DNA of 52,094 bases from a virus (lineage: Duplodnaviria; Caudoviricetes): the IMG/VR virus record IMGVR_UViG_3300044852_000027, positions 1 through 52,094 of that record; one strand, 5' to 3'. The notes under the pieces are model-generated. The model worked only from the letters and a program-made list of their open reading frames with translations, had not been told where the DNA came from and made no database searches. The stretch's first letter is position 1. Each line of letters begins with the position of its first letter. Below are positions 1 to 8,217 of the stretch, piece by piece. A program made the position numbers and the translations under genes.

Positions 1-19
1 CGGTGGTCGCCGTATCATT
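1..19 (-). other. Illumina P5 adapter remnant (artefact)
   Basis: cggtggtcgccgtatcatt is the exact reverse complement of AATGATACGGCGACCACCG and is absent from the second copy of the terminal overlap. Confidence 0.95.
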
Positions 20-20
20 A

Positions 21-146
21 CCTCAAGCGGTGCCAGACATGGTCTGGTCTCCAGACGATGGTAGCCGACTTTCTGAACGCAATGGGGTTCGAATCGACGC
101 ACTTGACATATGTTGACGGCACCACTCTTACGGTTCTGCGGCCGTC
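21..146 (+). repeat. 126-bp terminal direct repeat, left copy (circular assembly overlap)
   Basis: identical to 51969-52094 and lies inside one continuous ORF. Confidence 0.95.
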
Positions 147-1854
147 GCAGCTCATCGACCGAGCCGGGTCCGTCTATAAGGTTAAGTCCCCAGCGACGTT
201 CCCGCTGACGCTGACTGGAACCTGGGCGACCGACTCCCCGCTACTCGTTGACGTAGGTGATGCGTCGCTAAGGATGGCTCTGATCTCTCTGTCCGGCGCT
301 GGCCTCATCGGTTACAGCGACGCAAACGCCTACCCTCTCGCAACCGTCGGCGCAAAGCTGAAGGACATGACCGCTATCGCTACCGGTCTGCGGCAAGATA
401 TCGGGCTGCCTACCTACCGGACATCTGTTAGCCAGTTCGTAGGGCAGCGGATACAAACCGCTACCCTTGTCCATATTGGCGACTCCAACCTCGCAGGCAC
501 CGGCCAAGGGAACGGGTTTTTTAGCGGTTATGGCGGTCGATTCTCCCGCTCCTACATGAACGCCGCCGATAACGGCTTGGGCGAGGATCGCGGTTACTAC
601 TACGAAACCCTCCTCGACTGCGCTCAGTACATGTTGACGGCTAACGGATTCCACGGACAGGGCAACTTCGTAGCAGGAGGGGCGGCTAACGCCAGGTTCG
701 TTATTAGCTCGGCTGCGGGTGACTTTCAAGCGCGTGACGGCTGCGAGATCTCGCAGCTTAACGTGTGCTACGACTACGCTACTTCGAGCATCGGCGCGAC
801 ATGGCTGATTAGCGTCGACGGCGAAGCGGCGGCATCCGGGACTATCGGTCCAGGCGGATGCACCGGCTTTGTAGCGCTAGCTGGCGGTCAATACATCCGC
901 TCCGACTCCATGGTTAGATTCGAATGCACGTCAGGAACCATTGCTATACAGGCGTGGGTAGGGGTTAGAAAAGGAACATCTAACGGATCAATGATGTTCG
1001 TCGCTCCAGAAGGGAGCCAGGGATTCTCAGATTTCGCCACCGCCGCACGCCAAAAGGCTATCGCTGACTGCGTAAACCAGGGGGTTTGGGCGGCGGCGCC
1101 GAAGCATTTTATTATTAGCCTCGGGCTCAACAACGCCACTGATAGCGTCGGGAAACAGCTGTCGCCAGCTGCCTACATCACTCAGCTCGATAACCTGATC
1201 GCGGTAATCAAGTCCTACAATGGCGGCGACTCTCTCTGCGACTTTACGATTGACCTGCCGCCGCAGACGCTCCAGGCTACCCCGCTGGCGCCTCGCGGCA
1301 TGGCCGAGTATTGGGAAGCGACAATTGCCTATGTAAACGCGCATCCAGGCATGGGCATTATTCGCACTGACCTGACCCCGCTGGGCAAAACGACCATGTT
1401 TTTGTCTGACAATTTGCACTTTAACACTGAGGGTCACTGCATCAAGGCGCAAATGCTTTGCGATTATTTCGGCATACAGCTAAACGCTTACTACCCTGTA
1501 GTGGCTGTGCCGTATCGGGATACTTACGGGCGCGGCGCAAAGGCCCCGACCATGCTTAATACTTGGGTTACTGGCGCAGCACTCGCCGCAATGAGCGCCT
1601 ATCGAGACCGTGACGGAAAAGGGCGTCTTGTTGGCCAAGTTACTAAAGCCCCGGCATCCGGGAGCAATCAGGTGATGCAGGTTCGAACCAATGTCCGGCC
1701 TGTCGTGACACGGCCGCTTACCGGCATCATGCTCAGCACTGGCGAGGCCGTTACCGCTTTCATGGGTACGGACGGAATTGTAACCATGCAGCTACAGGCG
1801 ACACCTCTTAACGCCGCAACGCTGGTTCACTTCGACTGTACTTACGAGCTGTAG
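58..1854 (+). CDS. Tailspike/receptor-binding protein with SGNH/GDSL esterase domain (3' part; true start at 51850)
   Basis: SGNH blocks HIGDSN, GLNN and DNLH; reading frame continuous across the contig junction; last gene of the tail module. Confidence 0.8.
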   Translation: MVADFLNAMGFESTHLTYVDGTTLTVLRPSQLIDRAGSVYKVKSPATFPLTLTGTWATDSPLLVDVGDASLRMALISLSGAGLIGYSDANAYPLATVGAKLKDMTAIATGLRQDIGLPTYRTSVSQFVGQRIQTATLVHIGDSNLAGTGQGNGFFSGYGGRFSRSYMNAADNGLGEDRGYYYETLLDCAQYMLTANGFHGQGNFVAGGAANARFVISSAAGDFQARDGCEISQLNVCYDYATSSIGATWLISVDGEAAASGTIGPGGCTGFVALAGGQYIRSDSMVRFECTSGTIAIQAWVGVRKGTSNGSMMFVAPEGSQGFSDFATAARQKAIADCVNQGVWAAAPKHFIISLGLNNATDSVGKQLSPAAYITQLDNLIAVIKSYNGGDSLCDFTIDLPPQTLQATPLAPRGMAEYWEATIAYVNAHPGMGIIRTDLTPLGKTTMFLSDNLHFNTEGHCIKAQMLCDYFGIQLNAYYPVVAVPYRDTYGRGAKAPTMLNTWVTGAALAAMSAYRDRDGKGRLVGQVTKAPASGSNQVMQVRTNVRPVVTRPLTGIMLSTGEAVTAFMGTDGIVTMQLQATPLNAATLVHFDCTYEL

Positions 1855-1858
1855 AAAT

Positions 1859-1888
1859 GAAAAACCCCTCAATTGAGGGGTTTTTTTA
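1859..1888. terminator. Bidirectional intrinsic terminator
   Basis: aaaaacccctc-aatt-gaggggttttttt between convergent genes. Confidence 0.85.
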
Positions 1889-2033
1889 TGGCCTGGAATT
1901 TTCCGCACTTGCTGCACTGAAGAAACCCGAGCGACTGGTAGAACACCGCACCGGTTCCGTTGAGCTTGTGCCGGTGCCTGCAAGTGCCGGTAAACGTCAA
2001 GTCGCTTGACGCTACCAGCTCCTTTAGGCTCAA
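1869..2033 (-). CDS. 54-aa putative Zn-ribbon protein (not in ORF track)
   Basis: TTG start overlaps the upstream TGA, with GGAG RBS; MSLKELVASSDLTFTGTCRHRHKLNGTGAVFYQSLGFLQCSKCGKFQAIKKPLN. Confidence 0.55.
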   Translation of the reverse strand: MSLKELVASSDLTFTGTCRHRHKLNGTGAVFYQSLGFLQCSKCGKFQAIKKPLN

Positions 2034-2272
2034 CCCTTGCTCCGAGCGATGTCCTGATGATCGCGAATCTCGCTATGGAGATTCGACCACTCCGGTACGG
2101 TAATGCCGCCGCCAGCGTAGGCGCCTGTCGCTGTGCTGAAGGCTGCCGCGTAGGACGCCTCGGGCGTAGGGCCTGGGTTCTCGCCCTTCGCGCCTGTATG
2201 GATCTTGTCGGCGTCCATAAGGTGGCCGCGAACCATTTTCTGTACGGTGTTAAAATTGGTGCTAGACGACAT
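2030..2272 (-). CDS. Hypothetical protein (80 aa)
   Basis: AGGAG RBS upstream; divergent from the endolysin. Confidence 0.6.
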   Translation of the reverse strand: MSSSTNFNTVQKMVRGHLMDADKIHTGAKGENPGPTPEASYAAAFSTATGAYAGGGITVPEWSNLHSEIRDHQDIARSKG

Positions 2273-2353
2273 CGAGGGCAACTCCTAATTGGTTATGCGC
2301 CCATCTTACGGATGGATCCGAACACGTAAAGATTTTTTTCGAGGCAATGCAAA

Positions 2354-2827
2354 ATGACAAGCCCGAACGGCGTAGCCGTAGCTCATTACTTTGAACAATG
2401 CCGCCTTGAGGCCTACCCGGATCCAGGCAGCAAGGACGGGCCCCCCTGGACAATCGGTTGGGGTCATACAGGGCCTGAAGTAGTCAAAGGCCTGAAGTGG
2501 ACCCAACGACAAGCGGATGATGCGTTTCTTCATGACCTCCTGGCTCGCGAGGGCGCGGTAGACCGGCTGGTTAAAGTCCGCCTAACCACGGGGCAGCGTG
2601 ACGCCCTGGTTCTGTTCGAGTACAACACCGGCAGTCTCGCTACCTCGACACTCTTGAGGCTGCTAAACGCTGGCGACTACACGGGATCCCGCGCGCAGTT
2701 CGCCCGCTGGAACAAGAACGACGGCCAAGTCATGCGGGGCCTGATTCGCCGCCGAGCGGCTGAGGTCGCCTTATGGGATGGCAAGTCCGGCGCCGAGTCT
2801 ATCACTATCGGGGTCAAGGCGGCATGA
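2354..2827 (+). CDS. Endolysin, GH24 lysozyme
   Basis: FEQCRLEAYPDPG...WTIGWGHT, YNTG and GLIRRRAAE motifs. Confidence 0.93.
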   Translation: MTSPNGVAVAHYFEQCRLEAYPDPGSKDGPPWTIGWGHTGPEVVKGLKWTQRQADDAFLHDLLAREGAVDRLVKVRLTTGQRDALVLFEYNTGSLATSTLLRLLNAGDYTGSRAQFARWNKNDGQVMRGLIRRRAAEVALWDGKSGAESITIGVKAA

Positions 2828-3165
2828 ACCCCTATATTGCAATTGCCGCCCTGTGCGGCGCCTTCCTGGCAGGCTGGACGGCCTCCGACTGGCATAGCGA
2901 CTCGCTGGACCTTGTCGCCACTAAGGCAGCTCAGGCGAGCGCTGACGCAGCCCAAGGGCGAGAAAGTGCGGTCGCTCAGACCGTAGAGACCGCGCTCGCC
3001 AAACTTCGAGCAAATGAAAAGGTAATCTATCGTGAAAGCGTCAAGCTTATTGACCGCCCTGTTTATCACAATGTCTGCCTTGATGCTGACGGCCTGCGCC
3101 TCGCCAACGCCGCAAAGAACGGGACCGAGCCAGTCGTCACTGCTCCAGCCGTGCCCCGACCTTGA
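2824..3165 (+). CDS. Rz-like inner-membrane spanin
   Basis: ATGA overlap with endolysin; N-terminal TM segment (YIAIAALCGAFLAGW); C-terminal VCLDADGLR. Confidence 0.8.
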   Translation: MNPYIAIAALCGAFLAGWTASDWHSDSLDLVATKAAQASADAAQGRESAVAQTVETALAKLRANEKVIYRESVKLIDRPVYHNVCLDADGLRLANAAKNGTEPVVTAPAVPRP

Positions 3166-3355
3166 CGACATCACTGAAACAGACGGTCGAGCAGCTCTGA
3201 GTGCTCTGACGGAGTGGGGGGCGGCGTACCGGCAGTGCCAGACGCGGCATCAAGGGCTTCTAGACGCTTTGTCCGGTAAAAGCAGTGCCTTGAACCCTGT
3301 CGATGCGGGCCGCTATATTTCATCGACCACGGATAGCCGAGGCATTGGCAATTGA
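3032..3355 (+). CDS. Rz1-like outer-membrane lipoprotein spanin
   Basis: overlaps Rz in another frame; lipobox LTAC; LLQPCP and CQTRH motifs. Confidence 0.8.
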   Translation: MKASSLLTALFITMSALMLTACASPTPQRTGPSQSSLLQPCPDLDDITETDGRAALSALTEWGAAYRQCQTRHQGLLDALSGKSSALNPVDAGRYISSTTDSRGIGN

Positions 3356-3506
3356 CCGCCTTGCTCTCGCGGCGACTCTGCCGGTACTGGTCGACAACGT
3401 AAACGCCGCCACACGGGCATAGCCTGTCTAGTGGCGATAGCTTGAGCGTGAAGGTGCGGCGGCCACGGCACTTGCGGCACCGAGTCCGCCATATGCGTAC
3501 GCTCAC
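3171..3506 (-). CDS. Cys/His-rich (Zn-binding) hypothetical protein
   Basis: CRKC, CPCGG, CQC and PHRQGSRHC; GTG start overlaps the stop of 3503-3583. Confidence 0.6.
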   Translation of the reverse strand: MSVRIWRTRCRKCRGRRTFTLKLSPLDRLCPCGGVYVVDQYRQSRRESKAVNCQCLGYPWSMKYSGPHRQGSRHCFYRTKRLEALDAASGTAGTPPPTPSEHSELLDRLFQ

Positions 3507-3583
3507 GCGACGGACCGCCGTACAGGCGCTGGGGACGGCTTGCGGTGGCGAGCCATGAAGGCGACGAACATGAAAAGAGCCAT
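3503..3583 (-). CDS. 26-aa peptide (not in ORF track)
   Basis: CCGGAG RBS; MALFMFVAFMARHRKPSPAPVRRSVA; GTGA coupling to the next gene. Confidence 0.45.
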   Translation of the reverse strand: MALFMFVAFMARHRKPSPAPVRRSVA

Positions 3584-3636
3584 TCGGTAAAACTCCGGGT
3601 TTAGGTCGTGAAAAAGCCCCTTTCGGGGCGGGGCGG

Positions 3637-3930
3637 TTAGACTGGTACGCTCTCGGTTTTAACTACCTGCAAGCACATAATAAACGCTGGGACTCGCATG
3701 TCTATCAGTGACCGAAGGATTTCCTCGGCTCTCGCCTTGTCATCCTGGCAGTAGTCGATTTTGCTGTAATCCCAAACTACCTGATAGCTATTAACGGTGG
3801 TCTTCACGCGGCGAGTCTTTACCACTTTGCCAGCGCCGCGACATGTCAGGCAAACGCCGTTATTGACGTGGCCGAAGTGAGCCAGTCGACCCTTGCCTTC
3901 GCAGCGCTTGCAAGTAATGAAAGTTGACAT
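3637..3930 (-). CDS. Small protein with DnaJ-like CxxCxGxG zinc-finger motifs
   Basis: CKRCEGKG and CLTCRGAG; own promoter, CCGGAG RBS and downstream terminator (3611-3630). Confidence 0.75.
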   Translation of the reverse strand: MSTFITCKRCEGKGRLAHFGHVNNGVCLTCRGAGKVVKTRRVKTTVNSYQVVWDYSKIDYCQDDKARAEEILRSLIDMRVPAFIMCLQVVKTESVPV

Positions 3931-3962
3931 GTTCGTAACTCCGGGTTCGTTTCGATAGGGGG

Positions 3963-4000
3963 ATTCTGTCAAACCCCTAGACGCCGGTCAACTAGTTTTT
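3963..4000 (-). promoter_or_regulatory. Repeated sigma70-type promoter with operator
   Basis: minus strand AAAAACTAG-TTGACC-N17-CAGAAT containing TTGAC-N4-GTCTA-N5-TTGAC. Confidence 0.8.
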
Positions 4001-4016
4001 TGATTTATTTTAGACA

Positions 4017-4042
4017 ATAAAAAGCCCGCTCTAGGCGGGCTC
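4017..4042 (-). terminator. Intrinsic terminator after the 11-aa ORF
   Basis: agcccgc-tctag-gcgggct hairpin with U-tract on the minus strand. Confidence 0.75.
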
Positions 4043-4046
4043 GGAA

Positions 4047-4082
4047 TTACAAGATCAGGATCAGGATGATTAACCATTCCAT
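4047..4082 (-). CDS. 11-aa hydrophobic micropeptide MEWLIILILIL (not in ORF track)
   Basis: only ORF with an RBS (CCGGAG) between a consensus promoter and a terminator. Confidence 0.55.
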   Translation of the reverse strand: MEWLIILILIL

Positions 4083-4130
4083 GATGTTTGCTCCGGCTGG
4101 TTGATGGGGTTTTGCGTTCTTGTTGGATTG

Positions 4131-4170
4131 ATTCTGTCAAACCGCTTTACAGTCGTCAACTAGTTTTTTA
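4131..4170 (-). promoter_or_regulatory. Repeated sigma70-type promoter with operator
   Basis: minus strand AAAAACTAG-TTGACG-N17-CAGAAT containing TTGAC-N4-GTAAA-N5-TTGAC. Confidence 0.8.
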
Positions 4171-4172
4171 AT

Positions 4173-4457
4173 TTAAATCCAATCATTCCATTCCGGCCGA
4201 TGAACGGTCGGTTCTGCCTGGACTTTCGGTTTTGGCCTCGGGCCTGCCTTGCGGATGGCGTGGATCCGCAGAACCTCAGCCCGGACCATGTCGCCAATGG
4301 CTGGCGGTAAATCATCCATCATCTGGACCCGGTGGACCCGGTGCGCAGCCAGGACCTTGACCGCCTCCCGGTAGATTTGAAAGGACAGGGTCGAGGCGCT
4401 AACCGAGTCGGTCGGCTCCTCGCCCTTCATTACCGCCTCAAGCTGCGCGTAGAACAT
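4173..4457 (-). CDS. Hypothetical protein
   Basis: 94-aa ORF overlapping the end of the nuclease gene, same strand. Confidence 0.65.
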   Translation of the reverse strand: MFYAQLEAVMKGEEPTDSVSASTLSFQIYREAVKVLAAHRVHRVQMMDDLPPAIGDMVRAEVLRIHAIRKAGPRPKPKVQAEPTVHRPEWNDWI

Positions 4458-4857
4458 GGGTCCGCCAGTAGTCGAAGGCCTGCCAAGCTCCCTGCCATCC
4501 GAGCGCTATGCACACGAACGACCCGACTTCTTTCGCCGCGAGCATGTACGGCTCTTGCCCTGGCTCCAGGGCGGATAACGTGTGGTCCGTGCGCTTGAGT
4601 TCGCAGAGAAATGACGGGTTGCCAGGTATCGTGATGTCGCAGGCGCCGGTAGCCATTCCTTCGGATTTCTCCTTGGCGACTTGATGGGTCGTTTTCTTGC
4701 CCTCGTTGCGAGCATGGAGCGCGATCTTGCCGAACGAGTCCGGGTAATGCTTGCGCAGTTGATTGAAGAAAGTTACCTGCTCTGCGCCTTCCTTCGGGCA
4801 TTTTTTATCGCGGAACTTCTGGTCGCCATAGACCGGGATTCCTTCGGGGAAAATCAT
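4438..4857 (-). CDS. VRR-NUC family (PD-(D/E)XK) endonuclease
   Basis: EGAEQ, HARNEG, EGMATGACDI, CELKR and Q..YM motifs. Confidence 0.85.
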   Translation of the reverse strand: MIFPEGIPVYGDQKFRDKKCPKEGAEQVTFFNQLRKHYPDSFGKIALHARNEGKKTTHQVAKEKSEGMATGACDITIPGNPSFLCELKRTDHTLSALEPGQEPYMLAAKEVGSFVCIALGWQGAWQAFDYWRTHVLRAA

Positions 4858-6707
4858 TCAATACCGTCCGTATCTGCTGGGGAGTTGTAACCATACACAC
4901 GGAAAAATCCGGATAGCTGGTCCTTCTTGTAAGTCACGGTGTCGGGCTCGTAACTCCGGTCGCCAGTCGCGTCTAGGTAGCGTTGCCACTCTGCCGCCCT
5001 GGCTTGACTGTGGACGTTCGGCTGATAGTAGATCTGGAACGTCCTGTGAGGCGTGACGTAGTCGACTACCCACTGGTCGACACCCTTCGCCGATACCGAC
5101 GCCCGACCGACTGCCGACAATACTTCGTCCGTCTGCATTTGGGTAGCATCTTTTTTCATCCGCTTGAATTCGATCCGAAGCTTGCTGTTCGGATCGATGA
5201 TCTCGCCCTTGCAGGTTGTGCAATAACGCGCTGCGATATCGTTGTCAGCCTTGCATGATGGATCCGGGCATTCCTTGCTTGACCAGCGATAACTGCACTG
5301 GTACGAGAACCCGTCGCGCGCAGGATGGTACATCTGGCAGCGCCTGCCGAAGTGCGCAGGAAGCGGCAGCTTTTTCGCCTGTCCGGTTGCCGGATCAATC
5401 TCGGCAGTGTCGACCATGACGCGGTCGCCCGCCAAATCCACAAAGTACCCGTGCTTGTCGATGGAATGGCCTTCGTCATTCTTGCGCGCCGAAAACTGGT
5501 TATCCGAATTGCACTGCGGGCAGATGCAATTAATAGGCATGCCTGACGTTCCGCCCATGGATGCCTTGACCTCGGGCGAGAAGATATCGCCGTCCGGGCA
5601 GTGAGCGTCGATGTTCTCCGCGTAGTCCAAGATAAGGACGTAATCCTTGCCGTCGAACAAGCGCAAGCCACGGCCGATAATCTGCTGTAGCAGGCCGATA
5701 GATTCGGTCTTGCGAAGGATCGCGATTACGTCGACATGCGGGGCGTCGAAGCCGGTCGTCAATACTGCGACGTTGACCAGATACTTGAACTTCTGCGCCT
5801 TGAAGTCGTCGATGGCGCTTTTACGGTAGGCCTTGCTCGTTATCTTGGGGTCGCCAGTCACCAGCCTGGAAAGCTCAGGAGGAAGCGAGCGCATGACCTC
5901 CTGGGCGTGCTGGATCGTCGAGGCGAAGATCATGACCCCGCGCTTGCCCTGCGACTGGTGAACGATGTCAGCGACGATATGAGCGGTCTTGCGGCCGTCT
6001 CCCATGAATGCCCGGTCAATCTGTTCGTCGACCGTCTTCTTGGCAGCCGTGAAGTCGATGCCCGAAGTGTCGTAACCGACAACGCCCAAGGCGCCAACAA
6101 CTGGCGGAGTCAGGAACCCCAGCTCTATCAGCTCAGGCGCCGAGATCGTGTAGACCTTGCGCATAAAGAACGGGTCTTTCGCCTTGTCGTCACCCCAAAC
6201 CTTGCCGCTCTCGTCAATCCGGTAAATGTAGCCCTTGCCGAGTTCGTACGGCGTGCCAGTCAGGCCGATGACGCGGACGTTAGGGTTTACCGACTTGATG
6301 TCGGCGATGATCTGGCGGACCGTTGGCGTCATGCCTTGGGCCTCGTCGACAATGACCACGGCGATACGCGAGCCGACCTGCTTTGCGACCTTCTTGAAGG
6401 TTCCAGGGGATCCAAAAATAACCGGGTGCCGCAAGTCCTTCTTGCCGACGGCCGCGCAGTAGATCGACGCTGGCTCGCCGGTTAGAAGAAACTTCTCGTA
6501 GTTCTGCTCGATCAGTTCCTTTGTAGGCGCCAGGCAGAGAACATGCTTCCCACTCAAGCGATGAACCTTGATAGCGATGTCGGCGACGAGGAGGGACTTA
6601 CCCGCCCCTGTGGCCGCTTCGATTAGGCACGGCTCAAGCGAGCGCCGAATCTCTGCCATTGCCGCCGACACGGCGTTTAACTGGTAGGGTCTCAGCGTGT
6701 ATCGCAT
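4854..6707 (-). CDS. SF2 DExD/H helicase (RadD/YejH-like) with Zn fingers
   Basis: LRPYQ, ATGAGKS, IVDEAQ, GLTGTP, LTTGFDAP, QIIGRGLR and CxxC pairs. Confidence 0.93.
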   Translation of the reverse strand: MRYTLRPYQLNAVSAAMAEIRRSLEPCLIEAATGAGKSLLVADIAIKVHRLSGKHVLCLAPTKELIEQNYEKFLLTGEPASIYCAAVGKKDLRHPVIFGSPGTFKKVAKQVGSRIAVVIVDEAQGMTPTVRQIIADIKSVNPNVRVIGLTGTPYELGKGYIYRIDESGKVWGDDKAKDPFFMRKVYTISAPELIELGFLTPPVVGALGVVGYDTSGIDFTAAKKTVDEQIDRAFMGDGRKTAHIVADIVHQSQGKRGVMIFASTIQHAQEVMRSLPPELSRLVTGDPKITSKAYRKSAIDDFKAQKFKYLVNVAVLTTGFDAPHVDVIAILRKTESIGLLQQIIGRGLRLFDGKDYVLILDYAENIDAHCPDGDIFSPEVKASMGGTSGMPINCICPQCNSDNQFSARKNDEGHSIDKHGYFVDLAGDRVMVDTAEIDPATGQAKKLPLPAHFGRRCQMYHPARDGFSYQCSYRWSSKECPDPSCKADNDIAARYCTTCKGEIIDPNSKLRIEFKRMKKDATQMQTDEVLSAVGRASVSAKGVDQWVVDYVTPHRTFQIYYQPNVHSQARAAEWQRYLDATGDRSYEPDTVTYKKDQLSGFFRVYGYNSPADTDGIE

Positions 6708-7604
6708 TTATTCAAGCGTCCATGAAGTCGAGGAGGCGCCACGGTACTCGTTAAGGTCGAGGTCAGGCAACAATTTTTTAACGATTTGCGCGTAACCGAC
6801 CGACCCGGCTTTCGGCGTCTTCGTCAGCTTGCGCCCGCAGATGATTACCGACTCGTCTTTCGCCAGCTCCTTTAGCTTCTCCATGATCTCTTTCTTGCGG
6901 GTCGACGCGTTGCCCTCGGCGATGGACATCTCGTCATATTCGACGATCAGCTTCTTAGCCAGGGCGTTGTCAATGACCTTGCGCAGCGGCTCAAGGTGCG
7001 CCTTATCCTTCGTGGCTTCCTTGTACTCGGCATAGAACGCGTCAAGCTGGGGGAGCACGCCCTCAACGAATGCCGGGTCGGCCTCGATCATCTCCAGCTT
7101 ATCGGCCACGACCGACCATTGATAGAAGACGCCCCACGCGACACCAGCAAGATGCATCTCGATTTGCATTTGCGCGAAGTGGTGCGGGAGATCGTCAAGC
7201 GACTTGAAATCGTTGGCGTCTGCCGATTCCCGCTGGCCGAACGGTGCGCGCAGGTACAACAAGCCGCGATCCGGGCGCTTTGCGCTGTCGATCATCCAGG
7301 GATGGACATTCATAATCTTGTGTTGCTTTTTCGGGTCGACCTTAATGACTTCGGTCTTGTACTTCGTCGTAAAGCGCATCTCTGCCGCTTCTCGATACTG
7401 GTCGCCGTATTCGGCGGCGATGTTCGGGACGTATTCGGATTCGGCGCCATGGTAGGCCCGGGCCATCTGGCGCAGGACCGCTGCGCGCTTCATGGACTTG
7501 CTAACGCCGAGAATCGCGGCGATCGTACCCATTGTGATTTTCGGGTGTTTCTTGCGCGGCGTTGAGGTTTTTTCGAGTGCGGACTCAGTGGTTACGACTG
7601 ACAT
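6708..7604 (-). CDS. YqaJ/lambda-exonuclease-like recombination nuclease (divergent)
   Basis: IAAILGVS, NIAAEYG, HPW, HHFAQMQIEM; position among recombination genes. Confidence 0.7.
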   Translation of the reverse strand: MSVVTTESALEKTSTPRKKHPKITMGTIAAILGVSKSMKRAAVLRQMARAYHGAESEYVPNIAAEYGDQYREAAEMRFTTKYKTEVIKVDPKKQHKIMNVHPWMIDSAKRPDRGLLYLRAPFGQRESADANDFKSLDDLPHHFAQMQIEMHLAGVAWGVFYQWSVVADKLEMIEADPAFVEGVLPQLDAFYAEYKEATKDKAHLEPLRKVIDNALAKKLIVEYDEMSIAEGNASTRKKEIMEKLKELAKDESVIICGRKLTKTPKAGSVGYAQIVKKLLPDLDLNEYRGASSTSWTLE

Positions 7605-7658
7605 TCGTTTTCTCCGGGCAAAAGAAAGGGCGCCGTAGCGCCCGGTCGTTATGGTTGG

Positions 7659-8144
7659 TTAGACGGACTTGCCGCCCTCGGCGACGCGGTTTTCAACCTT
7701 GTGGTCTGCGCGTTGCTGGTTATAGGCGAGCTTCTCGATCATCGCTCCGGCAATGTCCATACCGAAACCGCCAGCGAGGTCGAGGATACGGATAACGGCG
7801 TCGGCCAACTCGACTTCGAGCATGTCGCGATGCGGCAGATGGTCGTCCATCTTGCCTTTGCGATAGCCCTCTACGCCCTCTGACACTTCGGAATGAACGA
7901 GCGCAAGCTTCGACATGACCCACAACTTGACGAACTTTTGCGGCCACTCGCGGACGTCCTCGCCGGTCTCGGTATCCAGCCACCAACCGGAATGCGCCGC
8001 GAGGCCATGGCAGATAGCCTGGGCGTTACCGATTCCATACAGCGCGTTGAACACGCTGTCGCACTGGGTCATCTCGCAGCGAGGGTCAACAACGCCGAGG
8101 ACTTTTTCAAGGCTTACGGCGGCTTCGGTTACTTTGTCATTCAT
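7659..8144 (-). CDS. MazG-like NTP pyrophosphohydrolase
   Basis: LALVHSEVSEGVEGYRK, EVELADAVIRILD and EKLAYNQQR. Confidence 0.88.
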   Translation of the reverse strand: MNDKVTEAAVSLEKVLGVVDPRCEMTQCDSVFNALYGIGNAQAICHGLAAHSGWWLDTETGEDVREWPQKFVKLWVMSKLALVHSEVSEGVEGYRKGKMDDHLPHRDMLEVELADAVIRILDLAGGFGMDIAGAMIEKLAYNQQRADHKVENRVAEGGKSV

Positions 8145-8217
8145 GGGTTAGCTCTCCAGCTCGGAGCCCGAAGGCCCCGGTTTTTTTAGTGGGTGTTTAC
8201 CGAGTTAACAGCTATGG

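Noticed and set aside
21-146. Biological terminal repeat or att site
   Set aside because: It falls inside a coding sequence, its length is typical of an assembler k-mer overlap, and no integrase was recognised.
1895-2020. Possible structured ncRNA (GCACTTGC/GCAAGTGC, GCACCGG/CCGGTGC pairings)
   Set aside because: The region is fully explained by a coupled 54-aa minus-strand ORF with an RBS; short GC-rich pairings can arise by chance.
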